Source: Octopus bimaculoides | Taxonomy: Eukaryota | Length of the DNA: 36,357 nt | Assembly (NCBI RefSeq): GCF_001194135.2 | Contig: NC_068988.1 | Coordinates: forward strand, 2,469,259-2,505,615 | Direction of reading: 5' to 3' | Shown: in pieces, positions 21,886 through 33,381 of the stretch | How positions within the stretch are numbered: position 1 is the first letter of the stretch | How the letters are laid out: each line of letters starts with the position of its first letter | The notes under the pieces: generated by a model | What the model was told of the DNA's origin: nothing | Seen by the model: only the letters and a program-made list of their open reading frames with translations | Database searches by the model: none | Position numbers and translations under genes: made by a program

Positions 21886-22913
21886 ACTTTGAATTTTGAG
21901 GTAATTAGAGGTAGGCTTCAAGTTTTCTACCCCTAAATTCAAATATATCATGAGTACACTCAATTCCAAGGAAACTTTCATTCCTCGACACAAAGAAGCA
22001 CAACAGTTCTCATCAATATTTTTGGCACTTTCCTTATTGATGTATTAACCATTCAATGTTATCACTATAGCACCAGTATTTCTCTCTTCTTCTTCATTAT
22101 TTTTAAATCCCATAGTTCTATCTTAGCCATGCAGCAACTGTCATACTGTTAAAACTCCAATCTAAATCATATTATGCAAAATATCAAGAAAAGAGAAAAG
22201 GTGGGTTAGGAAGAAAATGTAAAATTCGAATTTCAGAAAAATATAGAAAACTGTCAATTACCAGTTTTGTGGTAATATATGCATACATACACAATTATAT
22301 ATAAGTGTGTATATATATACACACACATAAACATACATGTATATAGATATATTACATATGTATATATGTATGTATTTGTGTGTGTATATGTATGTATATA
22401 AGTATATATATGAATGTGTGTGTGTGTGTCTTAGTTGCCTAACTATATATGTTTAATAATTCAAATATTTGACGGATTTTTATTTTAGAAATTCTTCTTC
22501 GATATAATATAAATAAAATTGAGAACAAACTCAAAACAATTAAAAAAGAACCAAATAGCAAGCTTATCGAAGCATTATTGAAGTTCTTGGGTAATTTCTT
22601 CACTAATTAAGTTTTGGAAATATTGGAAGGCAAAAGCATAAAGATGTAGTTATGCAAATTATGAAGAGAAAAAAATAATTCAGAAATATTGAATATATTT
22701 CTTGGTTCTCATCTGTTGTGTAAGATAGAAAGGAGTAAATTTTATTTTCATCAAAGGAAGCACACACATGTTACATATATACATACTTACATACATGCAC
22801 ACACACACACACAAACACACACACAAACACACACACAAATATACATATGTACACATAAATGTATATATGTATATTTGTGTGTATATTATATATACATAAT
22901 TATTATATTTCTC

Positions 22914-22972
<59 letters not shown>

Positions 22973-23874
22973 ATNNNNNNNNNNNNNNNNNNNNNNNNNN
23001 NNNNNNNNNNNNNNNNNNNNNNNNNNNNNNNNNNNNNNNNNNNNNNNNNNNNNNNNNNNNNNNNNNNNNNNNNNNNNNNNNNNNNNNNNNNNNNNNNNNN
23101 NNNNNNNNNNNNNNNNNNNNNNNNNNNNNNNNNNNNNNNNNNNNNNNNNNNNNNNNNNNNNNNNNNNNNNNNNNNNNNNNNNNNNNNNNNNNNNNNNNNN
23201 NNNNNNNNNNNNNNNNNNNNNNNNNNNNNNNNNNNNNNNATATATATATATATATATATATACATATTAGATATATATATATATTAGATATGTTTATGTG
23301 TGTGTGCGTTTGTATACATATATATCATATATATGTCTGTGTGTGTGTTTATGTGTGTGTATATATATATATGCACACACATATAATATGTAATATTTAT
23401 AATATATTTTTATATGGGGAAAAGGAAATATATCATTCATTATCAAAATAAAGAAAAACCTTTTTGGTTAAAGAGATTTCAAAATGTTGCTATGTTCTTT
23501 TCATCATGAAAAGAATTTCAAGAAAATTTGAAAGGCGGGTCTATGAATCATAGCCTGGGAGAAGTTGTGTGGTAGATTAAAAGTTAGGGAATATCCTTTT
23601 AATGGGAATGTCGTGAAGGGGTAGGAAGAGGGACTGAGAAAGAGAGAGAGAGAGAGAGACAGAGAGGTATGTGGAAGTAAGTAAAACTTGAAATGTGAGA
23701 CAGAGAAATATCAGATTGTAAAGAAGAGAGAAAGATATATGAAAAGATAGATACAGAGTGAAATAAACATAACAGATTGTTCATTTGAAATGATCGTATC
23801 GATATAATCTTGTTTTGCTTACTGTCGAGGGTTTTAGGTTTCTAGTCAGTATCCATGTAAAAATTCATTTATTA

Positions 23875-23980
23875 GGCCTTCTGAGATGGCTCAGGGCTAT
23901 TGCAAAGGACACTTGTTGAAAGCACTATGTAGGAAAACTGAACCAGATAAAAATGGTTGTGAAGTGAACCCTTTTTTTTC
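23875..23980 (-). mobile_element. SINE family A, degenerate 5' part, head-to-head with the next copy
   Basis: Reverse complement contains GGTTCAGTTTTCCTAC...CAAGTGTCCTTTGCAATAGCCCTGAGCC. Confidence 0.55.
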
Positions 23981-23983
23981 ACA

Positions 23984-24378
23984 CAGGTATGGCTATGTGG
24001 TAAGAAGTTTGCTTCCCAACCACATGGTTCCAGGTTCAGTCCCACTGTGTGGAACCTTGGGCAAGTGTTTTCTATTGTAGCTTCAGTTTGACCAAAGCCT
24101 TGTGAGTGGATTTAATGGAGAGAAACTAAAAGAATGTACATTTTTATGTTTGTCTATGTTTGTCCCTACCACTGTTTGACAACTGGTGATGTGTTTATGT
24201 CCTTATATCTTAGCAGTTCAGCAAAAGAGACCAATAAAATAAGTACCAGGCTGCAAAAAGAGATGATAATAATAAGCACAGAGTTTGAGTCATTTGACCA
24301 AAATTCTTGAAGGCTGTGCCCCAGTATGGCTGCAGTCCAATGACTGAAGCAAGTAACAGATAAAGGATAAAAGATTAA
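23984..24378 (+). mobile_element. SINE family A, full length
   Basis: CAGGTATGGCTATGTGGTAAGAAGTTTGCTTCCCAACCACATGGTTCCAGGTTCAGTCCCACTG head; tail AATGACTGAAGCAAGTAACAGATAAAGGATAAAAG. Confidence 0.9.
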
Positions 24379-24453
24379 GAAATGGATGAATGTCACAAAT
24401 TACCTTTAATTAATTCAAACAATTGGCTACACAGGATAAACTGGAGAATTCTT

Positions 24454-24870
24454 CACAGGAGTGGCTGTATGGTAAGTAGCTTGCTTACCAGCCACATGGT
24501 TTTGGGTTCAGTCCAACTGCATGGCACCTTGGACAAATGTCTTCTGCTATAGCCTTGGGCTGACCAAAGCCTTGTGAGTGGATTTGGTAGACACAAACTG
24601 AAAGAAGCCCATCGTATATGTGTGTGCGTATGTGTATATCTGTGTGTGTTTGTGTGTCTGTGTTTGTCCCCCCCCCCATCACTTGACAACTGATGCTGGT
24701 GTGTTTATGTCACCATAACTTAGCAGTTCAGCAAAAGAGACTGATAGAATAAGTACTAGGCTTACAAAGACTAAGTCCTGGAATTGATTTGTTCGACTAA
24801 AGGTGGTGCTCCAGCATGGCTGCTGTCAAATGACCGAAACAAAGAATAAAAGAGTAAAAGGAGTAAAGAG
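24454..24870 (+). mobile_element. SINE family A, full length
   Basis: Head CAGGAGTGGCTGTATGGTAAGTAGCTTGCT; tail AATGACCGAAACAAAGAATAAAAGAGTAAAAG. Confidence 0.9.
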
Positions 24871-25584
24871 TAGTTCCTGCACAGTATATATAATTACACA
24901 TGGTGAGGAAGAAATGGAAAATCCAAGAACAGGAACCACCCTAATGTGATGGAGATTACTGATTAGTTTACTTGCTGAAGGGTTTAATTTTAGAGCTAAA
25001 CACGAGAGCTAAAGTTCAAGGAAGATGACTTAGTCTAGATAATTCCTAATCGAGTTGACAACAATAAAGTTAGTGATGTCTTAGAAAGGTGCAATGAATT
25101 CAGAGGATCTGCCATGAGGTGTAATATTTGGCAGCAGTTATTGAACGTGAGTGAATAAATAATTGGTGAAATGAGTTTGGTATCGAAGGCAGTGGCCAAT
25201 GTATTTTGTTATATTTAATTTCGTATGTAATATAGATGTATAATGAATGCAGGGCTGAAAATAAATGCTTTGAGTTAGTGATGAAAATGAACTAGATTAG
25301 TGTGGGGGTGAGAGTGGTAGTGGTAGTGGAATTGGTGGTGATGGTGGTAGTTGGAAAGTTACAGATAAGGTGGTTACCTTAGACTTCTAAACAAGAGACC
25401 TCATTCGCACATGAGCTGACAGAAGATGAAGGAAACTACTTCACTGTACATTTCCAGCTCAAGGCAGCCTGGGGCAACAGTTATTGTAACAATGACCATA
25501 ATGATGAAATGTACTTAGGGATAAATATGCAAATGCATGTACACACACACACAGGGAGAAATTAGGTAACTCTTAAGAGCTGAT

Positions 25585-25790
25585 GAGGTTGCTTGACCTA
25601 CTAGAAATAGTAATCAAATTTCACTCAAATAGCAATCAAATTTCACTCAAATAGCAATCAAATTTCACTCAAATAGCAATCAAATTTCACCCCCAACAGC
25701 TTAAAAAAGGAAAAGGTATATTTGAGAATATAGTCCTAGATAGACTTTGTTAAAACAGGGAAGGGAGAGTCAAGGGTGGATGGCGATGGT
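25585..25790 (+). mobile_element. Unclassified repeat family E, copy 3, with internal 22-bp tandem expansion
   Basis: CCTACTAGAAATAG...CTTAAAAAAGGAAAAGG...ATAGTCCTAGATAG matches the other two copies. Confidence 0.55.
25605..25692. repeat. Minisatellite, 4 x 22 bp (AAATAGCAATCAAATTTCACTC)
   Basis: Units at 25605, 25627, 25649, 25671; near-perfect, head to tail, no spacers. Confidence 0.95.
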
Positions 25791-26079
25791 GTGTGGCTTG
25801 GTGATCAAGGTATTTGGCACATGGGTGTTAGGTTGTGAGTTCAATTCCTAGCATCTTGAGTAAGATGCGCTATTTCAAATTGCTGGCAAAAATGCGTTGT
25901 ACCTGTAATTCGAAGGACCAGCCGTGTCACAATCTGTATCATGCTGAATCTCCCTGAGAAGTACAGTAAGGGTACATGTGTGGTCTGTGGAGTGCTCAGC
26001 CACTTACACATTAAATTAATGAGCAGGCTGTTGGTTGAATCAACTGGAACCCTTGTCATCATAATCAATGACATGCCAG
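25788..26079 (+). mobile_element. SINE family C
   Basis: GTGAGTTCAATTCC B box; GTACCTGTAATTCGAAGGACCAGCC...GGAGTGCTCAGCCACTTACAC...CAACTGGAACCC central domain. Confidence 0.8.
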
Positions 26080-27547
26080 TTTTTTTGATCAGGGTTATCC
26101 TGGTGTTGTATAAAAACATGACCATAATAATATTTTCTCTGCAAGACACGTAAGGAAAAATATTTCATTAAATTAAAATCTAAGTAAATTATAACTTCAA
26201 TTCTTATTTTATTCATTAATTTCAAAAAAAAAAAAAGTTTTATTTAGTAGAATACATTAAAAATTGAATGAAATGTTAATTCTGTATCAGACTATCTTCA
26301 AAGTACATGAACGCAAACAGTTTCATAGTTAAGATTTAACACAAAAAAGAACTGAACTTTGGTAAAGTTTTTGTACAGAGTAATACAAAATATCATAAAA
26401 CTTATTTTTCTGATATAATAACCATCAACTAATATAAAATAGAACTCTTCAATCAAAGAAACAACAAATATTTTCATTTTTGTTCTTCATTTTTGTGTCT
26501 CTGTGTTTTTCTTTCTTAGAGCTAAGCTTCGCTGTTTAATCCATTTTCCTAACTTAGACTGACTCAGGGGAAATTCAAACTAATAGTAATGTTAGGAAGT
26601 AACTACAAAAAGTGGGTTTGCTTCTATTTTGCTTTGTTATTTATTGTTTGTTTTGAATTTTGTTGAGTCCGAATATTCACAGAAGCTAACAATCCAATCG
26701 GCGAAAAGTCAAAGCAATCCCAATAATGGTCTAAGAATAACAGCACTCTGAATCTCTGAAATTTACGTAAAATGAAGGAAATAGCTTACATCTGCTGCTG
26801 CTGCAGTGAATTTCTGCTACTAAAAGGAAGAATGGAAAGATTCCTCCTCTAACAACAGTGACAGCTTTAAGAACAAAAATATTCAGTGAGAACAACAATG
26901 TTTAATATGCAGCAGTTTCTCTCTGCTCCGACAGAGCAACTCTCTCTGCTTACTTTTATAATGTAATAGAATAGAAAGATTGAAAAAATACATGTCAGAA
27001 CTCATTTGCAGCAGTAAAATAAAACTTGTTTTGCAAAGTAAACAGCAATATGTCACACCATTTCATGCAATTCTATATTAATGCATTAAATCCTCCTTTG
27101 TTTTGATTTTGTGGTAGTCATAATAGTAGTAGTAGTAGTAGTAGTAGTAGTAGCTGAAGGTGTTAGTGGTGCTGACGATGTTGATGGGAACGAGGATCAG
27201 TGCACCGCCAACAAATCGTGAATCTCTCCTCCTGTCTGCAACCCATGCTTTTGCAATCTAGCAGCAGACATTATATAATTGTTGATGTGTTTTACTACAG
27301 AATTAATGGTCTGAAGTCCTGATAAAAATTATTTTAAGTTTATTAACCAACTACTGTACTATTGTGGAAAACAACTGAATGGAACCCGTTGTAGATCTAA
27401 CAGTTCTGGGTTCAAATTTTATCAGAAATGATATAAAGTGTTTTCATAAGCAAACAGCCAATTAATGTGAAGAATCGATATAGTGAGAGTATATTGATCT
27501 CGTTATATGTTTTGCCGTTATCTTACTGAGCTCAAAATAATTAAAGC

Positions 27548-27770
27548 TAATAATCTTTTCTACTATAAACACAAGGCCTTAAATTTGGTGGGGGGAGGGT
27601 GCCAATTTGATTAAATCGACCCCAGTGTTTCACTGGTATTTAATTTATCGACCCTTAAAGGTTGAAAGGCAAAGTTGACCACCTCAACAGAATTTGAACT
27701 TAGAATGTAGTGACAGGAGAAATACCACTTTTCATCCAGCGTGCTAATAGCTCTGCTGGCTTGCCACCTT
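27548..27770 (-). mobile_element. SINE family B, near full length
   Basis: Reverse complement collinear with 6731-6900; tail matches 615-660. Further degenerate minus copies at about 17225-17320, 27895-28050, 28425-28560 and 29290-29415. Confidence 0.8.
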
Positions 27771-28135
27771 AGTTAAAGCCACTAATAAAAATAAATAAAG
27801 TTTTCTAAAATTGATACAAGAACAACTTTGTGAGAAATATTTCAGTCTAGTCTTGTTAACTAAATTCCTTCCTCTTGTTGAATGTATTATAGAAATCAAC
27901 CCCCACCATACTTGGCTGGTCCTTAATTTATTGACTCCAGAAGAAGGAACAGCAAAGTTGATTACAGCAGGAACTCAGAACATAAAGCGCTGTAATGAAA
28001 GACTGTAAAGATTTTGGTTAAACCTAATGCTTCTACTGACTCACTCCTTAGATAGCACTTAAAAAATGGTAGATCTTGACAAAGGCACATGACCAGGGGG
28101 AGCAGGAGGCTATATTGTCTGTATTGACCCTGGCT

Positions 28136-28425
28136 GTGAAGGCAGATATCTTCATGGTTAGCATATTCTGTTCGTGACCATAAGGTCATGAGTTCAATTC
28201 CTGACACTCTATTCAGTCCACTCAGCTGGCAAAAGTGAGTTGTACCTGTAATTCAAAAGGGGCCAACCTTGTCACACTCTGTGTCACGGTGAATCTCCTT
28301 GACAACTGCATTAACAGTATGCTTATTTGTGGAATACTCAGCCATTTGCATGCTAATATCACGAGCAGGCTGTTCCACTGATTGGATCAACTGGAACATT
28401 CCTCATCACAACTAATGAAGGGCCA
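28136..28425 (+). mobile_element. SINE family C
   Basis: GAGTTCAATTCC B box; GTACCTGTAATTCAAAAGGGGCCAACCTTGTCACAC...GGATCAACTGGAAC. Confidence 0.8.
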
Positions 28426-28584
28426 ATTAATTAATCCTATTTCATCAATCCTGGAAAGATGACAAAGTTGATTATGGCTGAATTTGAACTCAGAATGTAT
28501 AGAGCTATGATAAAGTTCCATCAGCATTTTTCTCAGTTCTGCTAATAGTACTGCCTGCCCAGTACTCCATAAATCATTATTTCT

Positions 28585-29280
28585 GTGCAGGCATGGCTGT
28601 GTCGATAGGCACCGGCGTGTCTGTGTGGTAAGAAGCTTGCTTCCTAACCACATGGTTCCAGGTTCAGTCCCACTGCATGACACCTTGGGCAGGTGTCTTC
28701 TACTATAGTTGAGATTTATAGAAAAACAAAAGGTGAAGACAGGTGTATGAACAACAAGCAGGTGTATTAGTTTGATGCTCAGGAAGGTGAGAAAGTATTT
28801 TATGTTTCGAGCCTACGCTCTTCAACAGAATGGAAAAAGAGAAAATAAACAGAGAGAGAATGCAAAAAACTTGTAAATTTCAGCAGTCCAGCATGGTGAA
28901 TGAATTAATCTTCTACTATAGCCTCAGGCTGACCACTTGTGAGTGGATTTGGTAGACAGAAACTGAAAGAAGCCCATCATTTATATATATATATATATAT
29001 ATATNNNNNNNNNNNNNNNNGTATATATGTATGTATGTATGTATGTATATGTATGTATATGCTTGGGTGTCTGCGTTTGTCCATTGCTTGACAGCCATTG
29101 CTTGACAACCAATGTTGGTGTGTTTACGTACCTGTAACGTAGCAGTTTGGCAAAAGAGACTGATAAAATAAGTACTAGGCTTACAAAGAATATGTCCTGG
29201 GGTCAATTTGTTCGACGAAAGGTGGTGCTGCAGCATGGCCACAGTCAAATGACTGAAACAAGTAAAAGAATTAAAAAATA
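28585..29280 (+). mobile_element. SINE family A interrupted by a 200-bp insertion
   Basis: Head 28585-28708, resumes at 28909 and runs through gap 29005-29020 to the tail AATGACTGAAACAAGTAAAAG. Confidence 0.9.
28709..28908 (-). mobile_element. 200-bp insertion with 13-bp TSD carrying a hammerhead-like motif
   Basis: TCTTCTACTATAG at 28696-28708 and 28909-28921. Minus strand 28828-28801 reads CTGTTGA-A-GAGC-gtag-GCTC-GAAAC-ATA. Confidence 0.75.
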
Positions 29281-29420
29281 AGTTATATTAATAAGCCTGA
29301 AATTTTAGAAAGGGAGATAATCAATACAACTGACCCCTAGTATCTGACTTTAGAAGGGTTAAAGGCATAGTTTACCTCACTAGGATTTGAACTCAGAATG
29401 TAACAAGCCAGAACAAATTA

Positions 29421-29694
29421 AATTTTCTATTGTATATTGTTTACCAAAAACATTTTGTTGTCAAATTGAGAATTTTTGTTGTTGATGGTATTTATTTAGT
29501 TGTTTAGTCTTCTGCAAATGTGTACACAATAAACTGCATAAAGCTCATAATTTCTTCAAGTTTTAATTCAATGCTTTTGGATGTTTGTCTGGATTTTACT
29601 AACAATCATTTTTGTAATTTTATGGTAAATTCTTTAGTGGTGAAAAGTATAGAGTCGTTAATGTTGAACATTTACGTATGTTATAATTAAAATT
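29421..29694. mobile_element. Unclassified AT-rich repeat family F, copy 1
   Basis: Highly similar direct copy at 32596-32880 (TCAAATTGAGAATTTTTGTTGTTGATG...TGGATTTTACTAACAATCATTTTTGTAATTTTAT). Confidence 0.8.
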
Positions 29695-29697
29695 ACA

Positions 29698-29982
29698 ACA
29701 ACAGCAATACCAAGCAGTGGCTCTCATGGCTTCTGTTCTTAACTGATTGGAAGTGTTAGCATGTATATGTTTTGTCTTGGTGTAAAAGATGGGCTACAGC
29801 AAATATTCTGCTCAATACTCGTCAGTTACTGCTTGACTTTAACCAGTTGGGCATGTCCCTTAGCAATTGATGATATGAGCAGGAGTAATAAGGGAACAAA
29901 CTCTATAATCATGTGTTGAGGAAAATACTTTGAGGTTTAAATAATTCACCTTTGGGTGATTTGTTCATCATCCTTAAACAAC
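29698..29982 (+). mobile_element. Second copy of the repeat at 1-510, cut off at the RTE fragment
   Basis: Homology to 1-260 ends at CATCCTTAAACAAC, where the RTE reading frame stops. Confidence 0.7.
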
Positions 29983-31130
29983 TACTGGGTACATCTTGTA
30001 GAGTTTCTACCTATGCCTTTTCTACAGATTGAGCAGGGCCATCTACCTGAAGGGATTTGTGGTTTGTCTGCCTTCCTACTTATTAGGACTTTGGTTTTAG
30101 CTAGGTTGACTCTAAGGCCCTTCAATTCTAATCCTTGCTTCCGCACCTGAAACTTCTCCTCTAGTTCTGATAGTGATTCAGCTATTTGAGCAAGGTCATC
30201 AGAATAGAGGAGCTCCCAGGGGCATCCTGTCTTGAATTCCTGTATTATTGCCTGGAGGACTATGATAAATAGGAGGGAGCTGAGGACTGAACCTTGGTGG
30301 ACCCCTACCTCTACCCAGAATTCTTCACTGTACTCGTTGCCAAACTTCAACTTACTGACAGCATCCCTGTACATGGCTTGCACAGATCTCACTAACTATT
30401 CTTCTATCCCTAGTTTCCTCATTGACCATCAGATAAGGGATCGGGGGACCCTGTCAAAAGCTTTCTCCATGTCAAAGAAAGCCAGGTACAGCGGTTTATC
30501 TTTGGTTAGGTATTTCTCCTGCAGCTGTCTTACCAAAAATATAGCATCAGTGGTGCTTTTACCTGGCACAAACCCAAACTGCATCTCATCTAAACTGACT
30601 CTCTCCCTAATTAGTTGGGCTTTGACCCTCTCCATGACCTTCATTACCTGATCCAATAACTTGATACCTCTGTAATTATTTGTATCTAAAGTGTCACCTT
30701 TACCTTTGTAGCAGTTGACTATGGTGCTGCTACACCAGTCATTGGGTATGACTCCTTCATGTATCACCTGGTTGACTATACAGGTGACTAAGCTATAGCC
30801 AACACCACCAGATATTTTAAGCATCTCTGTGGTGATTCCTGATGGGCTGGGGGTTTTCCCTGTCTTCATACCCTTAATTGCTTTATCTACCAAGGTACTG
30901 TCAATTCGGATAGCTGGTTCCTCTCTTGGGTCAATATTCGGTGGACTCTCTTTCTCCCATTCATTCTTTTCATTTAGCAATCTTTCATGGTGGTGTCTCC
31001 AAGTTTCTCTCTTTGCAGCCTCTCACACACTGTCTTGCAGCATGAAATACCTCAAGTCTTTGGTCCTCACAGCGCAGAACATTGGCAATTTTTTTCTTAT
31101 CTGCTTCCCCTCTGGCTAAATAAACCAGTT
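29982..31130 (-). pseudogene. RTE-clade non-LTR retrotransposon fragment: reverse transcriptase followed by the start of a Cys-rich finger
   Basis: One frame 30980-29982 with two in-frame stops: NYRGIKLL, QFGFVPGKSTTDAIFLVRQLQEK, FFDMEKAFDRVP, GVHQGSVLSSLLF, LYSDDL, LRVNLAKTKV, WPCSICRKGIGRNSTRCTQ. Upstream frameshifted piece KLVYLARGEADKKKIANVLRCEDQRLEVF. Truncated at both ends. Confidence 0.93.
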
Positions 31131-31134
31131 TTCC

Positions 31135-31337
31135 AGTAGTAGTGGTGGTGGTGGTGGGGCAAACATAAAGACACACACACACAATGGGCTTCTTTCATTT
31201 TCCTTCTGCCAAATGCGTTCACAAGGCTTTGGTCAGCCCAGCGCTATTATGGATGACACTTGAGTAATGTGCCACACAGTGGGACTGAACCAAAGACTAC
31301 ATGATTGGGAAACAAGCTTCGTAACCACACAGCCACA
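31135..31337 (-). mobile_element. SINE family A, 5' half, abutting the 5' end of the RTE fragment
   Basis: Reverse complement GTGGCTGTGTGGTTACGAAGCTTGTTTCCCAATCATG...GGTTCAGTCCCACTG. Confidence 0.75.
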
Positions 31338-32595
31338 CACACACATACCTAAAGTCATATCTGTACAAATATATATTTCAGTGATGTCTTTGAGAACAAC
31401 ATGATTGTCACCTAGTAATTCCCTAATTGAGTAAATTAATAGCCTTTATTAAGAAATCCCTTTTTGCAGCTCACCTAGATAAGATATGTATGTGAGGAGA
31501 TGCAAATATCTTTAAGGGAAATCATCCTGTGTCAATCGTCGTTATAATTATGTTATTGTTAGATAACAGAGTCACAGGTAGAATATCTTCTGTTTTCATC
31601 ATTGGGATTCAACAGGCCAGATTAATCTTACATCAAGCAAACTGATATTTTATTCTCCAGCCACAGGAGAAAACTCTATTTTCTACCTCATATTACACTT
31701 AACAGAATCAATTTCTTCCACACGTATTACACAAATCCTTCACAACACCAGCAATATGTCAGTGAGGTTGGTGTTGTCAACGTTGTCAGTAAATAGACGA
31801 TGGGCAATCAAGAGAAAATAAATAACTAAAATCAGCATGGGCATTCATAGAAACAACAGTAGCATCACTCTAAGAAGGCCGCAATATTAATATAGAATGT
31901 ATTAGTCTAATATTCATGGTATCTGATATAAAAGTTGTTCCTGTGTGTTGCATCAAGAACAGAGTTTTGATTAAGTAGAGTTGAATGGGGTTACTCAGTA
32001 ATCAAAAGCAAGTATCAGTGTTTCTAGTGATATGAAAGCCATTGAAATTTTAAGTATTTTTAACAAGGAAGCACTTCAATATAACACAAAGTAGAATATA
32101 TTACATGTATGTGTATATATATATATAAACACACATATACATACATCTATCTATTTATCTATCTATCGATCTATCTATTCATCTATCTAAATATATATTT
32201 ATACATACATACGTATACACATACAATTTATATTATATTATATATCAAAATATTCATTACTGTATTTTCCTGTTCTTTTCATCAGGGTTGTTTTGTTATT
32301 CTTCTTCACTAAAAACATTGCTGTTATTTCATTTTTCCTTCCATCCTGTTCACCGATTCCTGTTTTGCTTGTCACTGTGAAAACACTTTGCTTGATTCTT
32401 GGCTTTTAAGAAATTTTTATTGTTGATAAATTCAAAACAATACAATCGCTATCAACAACAAATCATTTATTTACAATTATTGCAAAATATTTGGAAGTTT
32501 TTCTCACTTCAAAAGGTTTGATGAATCATAAATATCATTTTTATCTAATATCTAAACATATTCAAATTTTTCACTTAATATCGAAATTGTAAACA

Positions 32596-32880
32596 ATTTT
32601 CTATTCTATATGTTCACCAAGTTTATTTTATTATCAAATTGAGAATTTTTGTTGTTGATGTTGTTTATGTCGTTGTTGTTTAGTCTTCTGTAAATGTGTA
32701 CACAATAAACTGCATAAAGTTCATTACAGTTATTAATTTCTTCAAGTTTTAATTCATTGCTTCTGGATGTTTATCTGGATTTTACTAACAATCATTTTTG
32801 TAATTTTATAGTAAATTCTTTAAAGGTGGAAGTATAGAAACATTAACGTGAAGCATTTACTTACGTCATAATTAAAAATA
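32596..32880. mobile_element. Unclassified AT-rich repeat family F, copy 2 (may extend upstream to about 32240)
   Basis: Direct repeat of 29421-29694. Confidence 0.8.
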
Positions 32881-32883
32881 ATT

Positions 32884-33058
32884 ATGGTTTCAAATTTTGG
32901 CACAAGTCCAGGAATTCTGGTACTTATTTTATTGACCCCCAAAAGGATGAAAATCAAAGTTGACCTCAGCAGGATTTGAACTCAGGTCTTAAAGATGAAT
33001 GAAATGCTGCTAAGCATTTGCCCTGGCATGCTAACACATCTGTCAGTTCTCCAGCCTA
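32884..33058 (-). mobile_element. SINE family B with internal deletion
   Basis: GACCCCCAAAAGGATGAAAATCAAAGTTGACCTCAGCAGGATTTGAACTCAG...CTAAGCATTTGCCCTGGCATGCTAAC matches the reverse complement of 6731-6900. Confidence 0.75.
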
Positions 33059-33107
33059 CAATTAAAAATAATAATAATAATAATAACAAAGAAACCTTGA
33101 TTTGCTT

Positions 33108-33271
33108 CAGGTGCAGGTGTGGCTGTGTGGTAAGAAGCTTGCTTCCCAATTACATGGTTCTGGTTTCAGTCCCACTGCATAGCACCTTGGGAAAGTGTCC
33201 TCTACTATAGCCTCGGGCCGACCAAAGCCTTGTGAGTGGATTTAATAGACAGAAAAGGAAAGAGGCCTGTC

Positions 33272-33341
<70 letters not shown>

Positions 33342-33346
33342 TTTCG

Positions 33347-33381
<35 letters not shown>

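Noticed and set aside
25580-25610. CTGATGA...GAAA as a hammerhead
   Set aside because: Five extra bases separate the putative stem II from GAAA, there is no stem III or NUH, and other family E copies lack the core.
25605-25692. 22-bp repeats as a CRISPR-like array
   Set aside because: Head-to-tail units with no spacers, in a eukaryotic repeat, with no cas genes.
32260-32290. Minus-strand CTGATGA...GAAA as a hammerhead (also CTGATGA at 16435-16441)
   Set aside because: No stem II pairing and no stem III; consistent with chance.
29421-32880. Direct repeats of about 275 bp bracketing an RT, resembling an LTR retrotransposon
   Set aside because: The RT is non-LTR (RTE), the repeats lack TG...CA ends, PBS and PPT, they differ by indels, and the interior is a patchwork of unrelated repeats.
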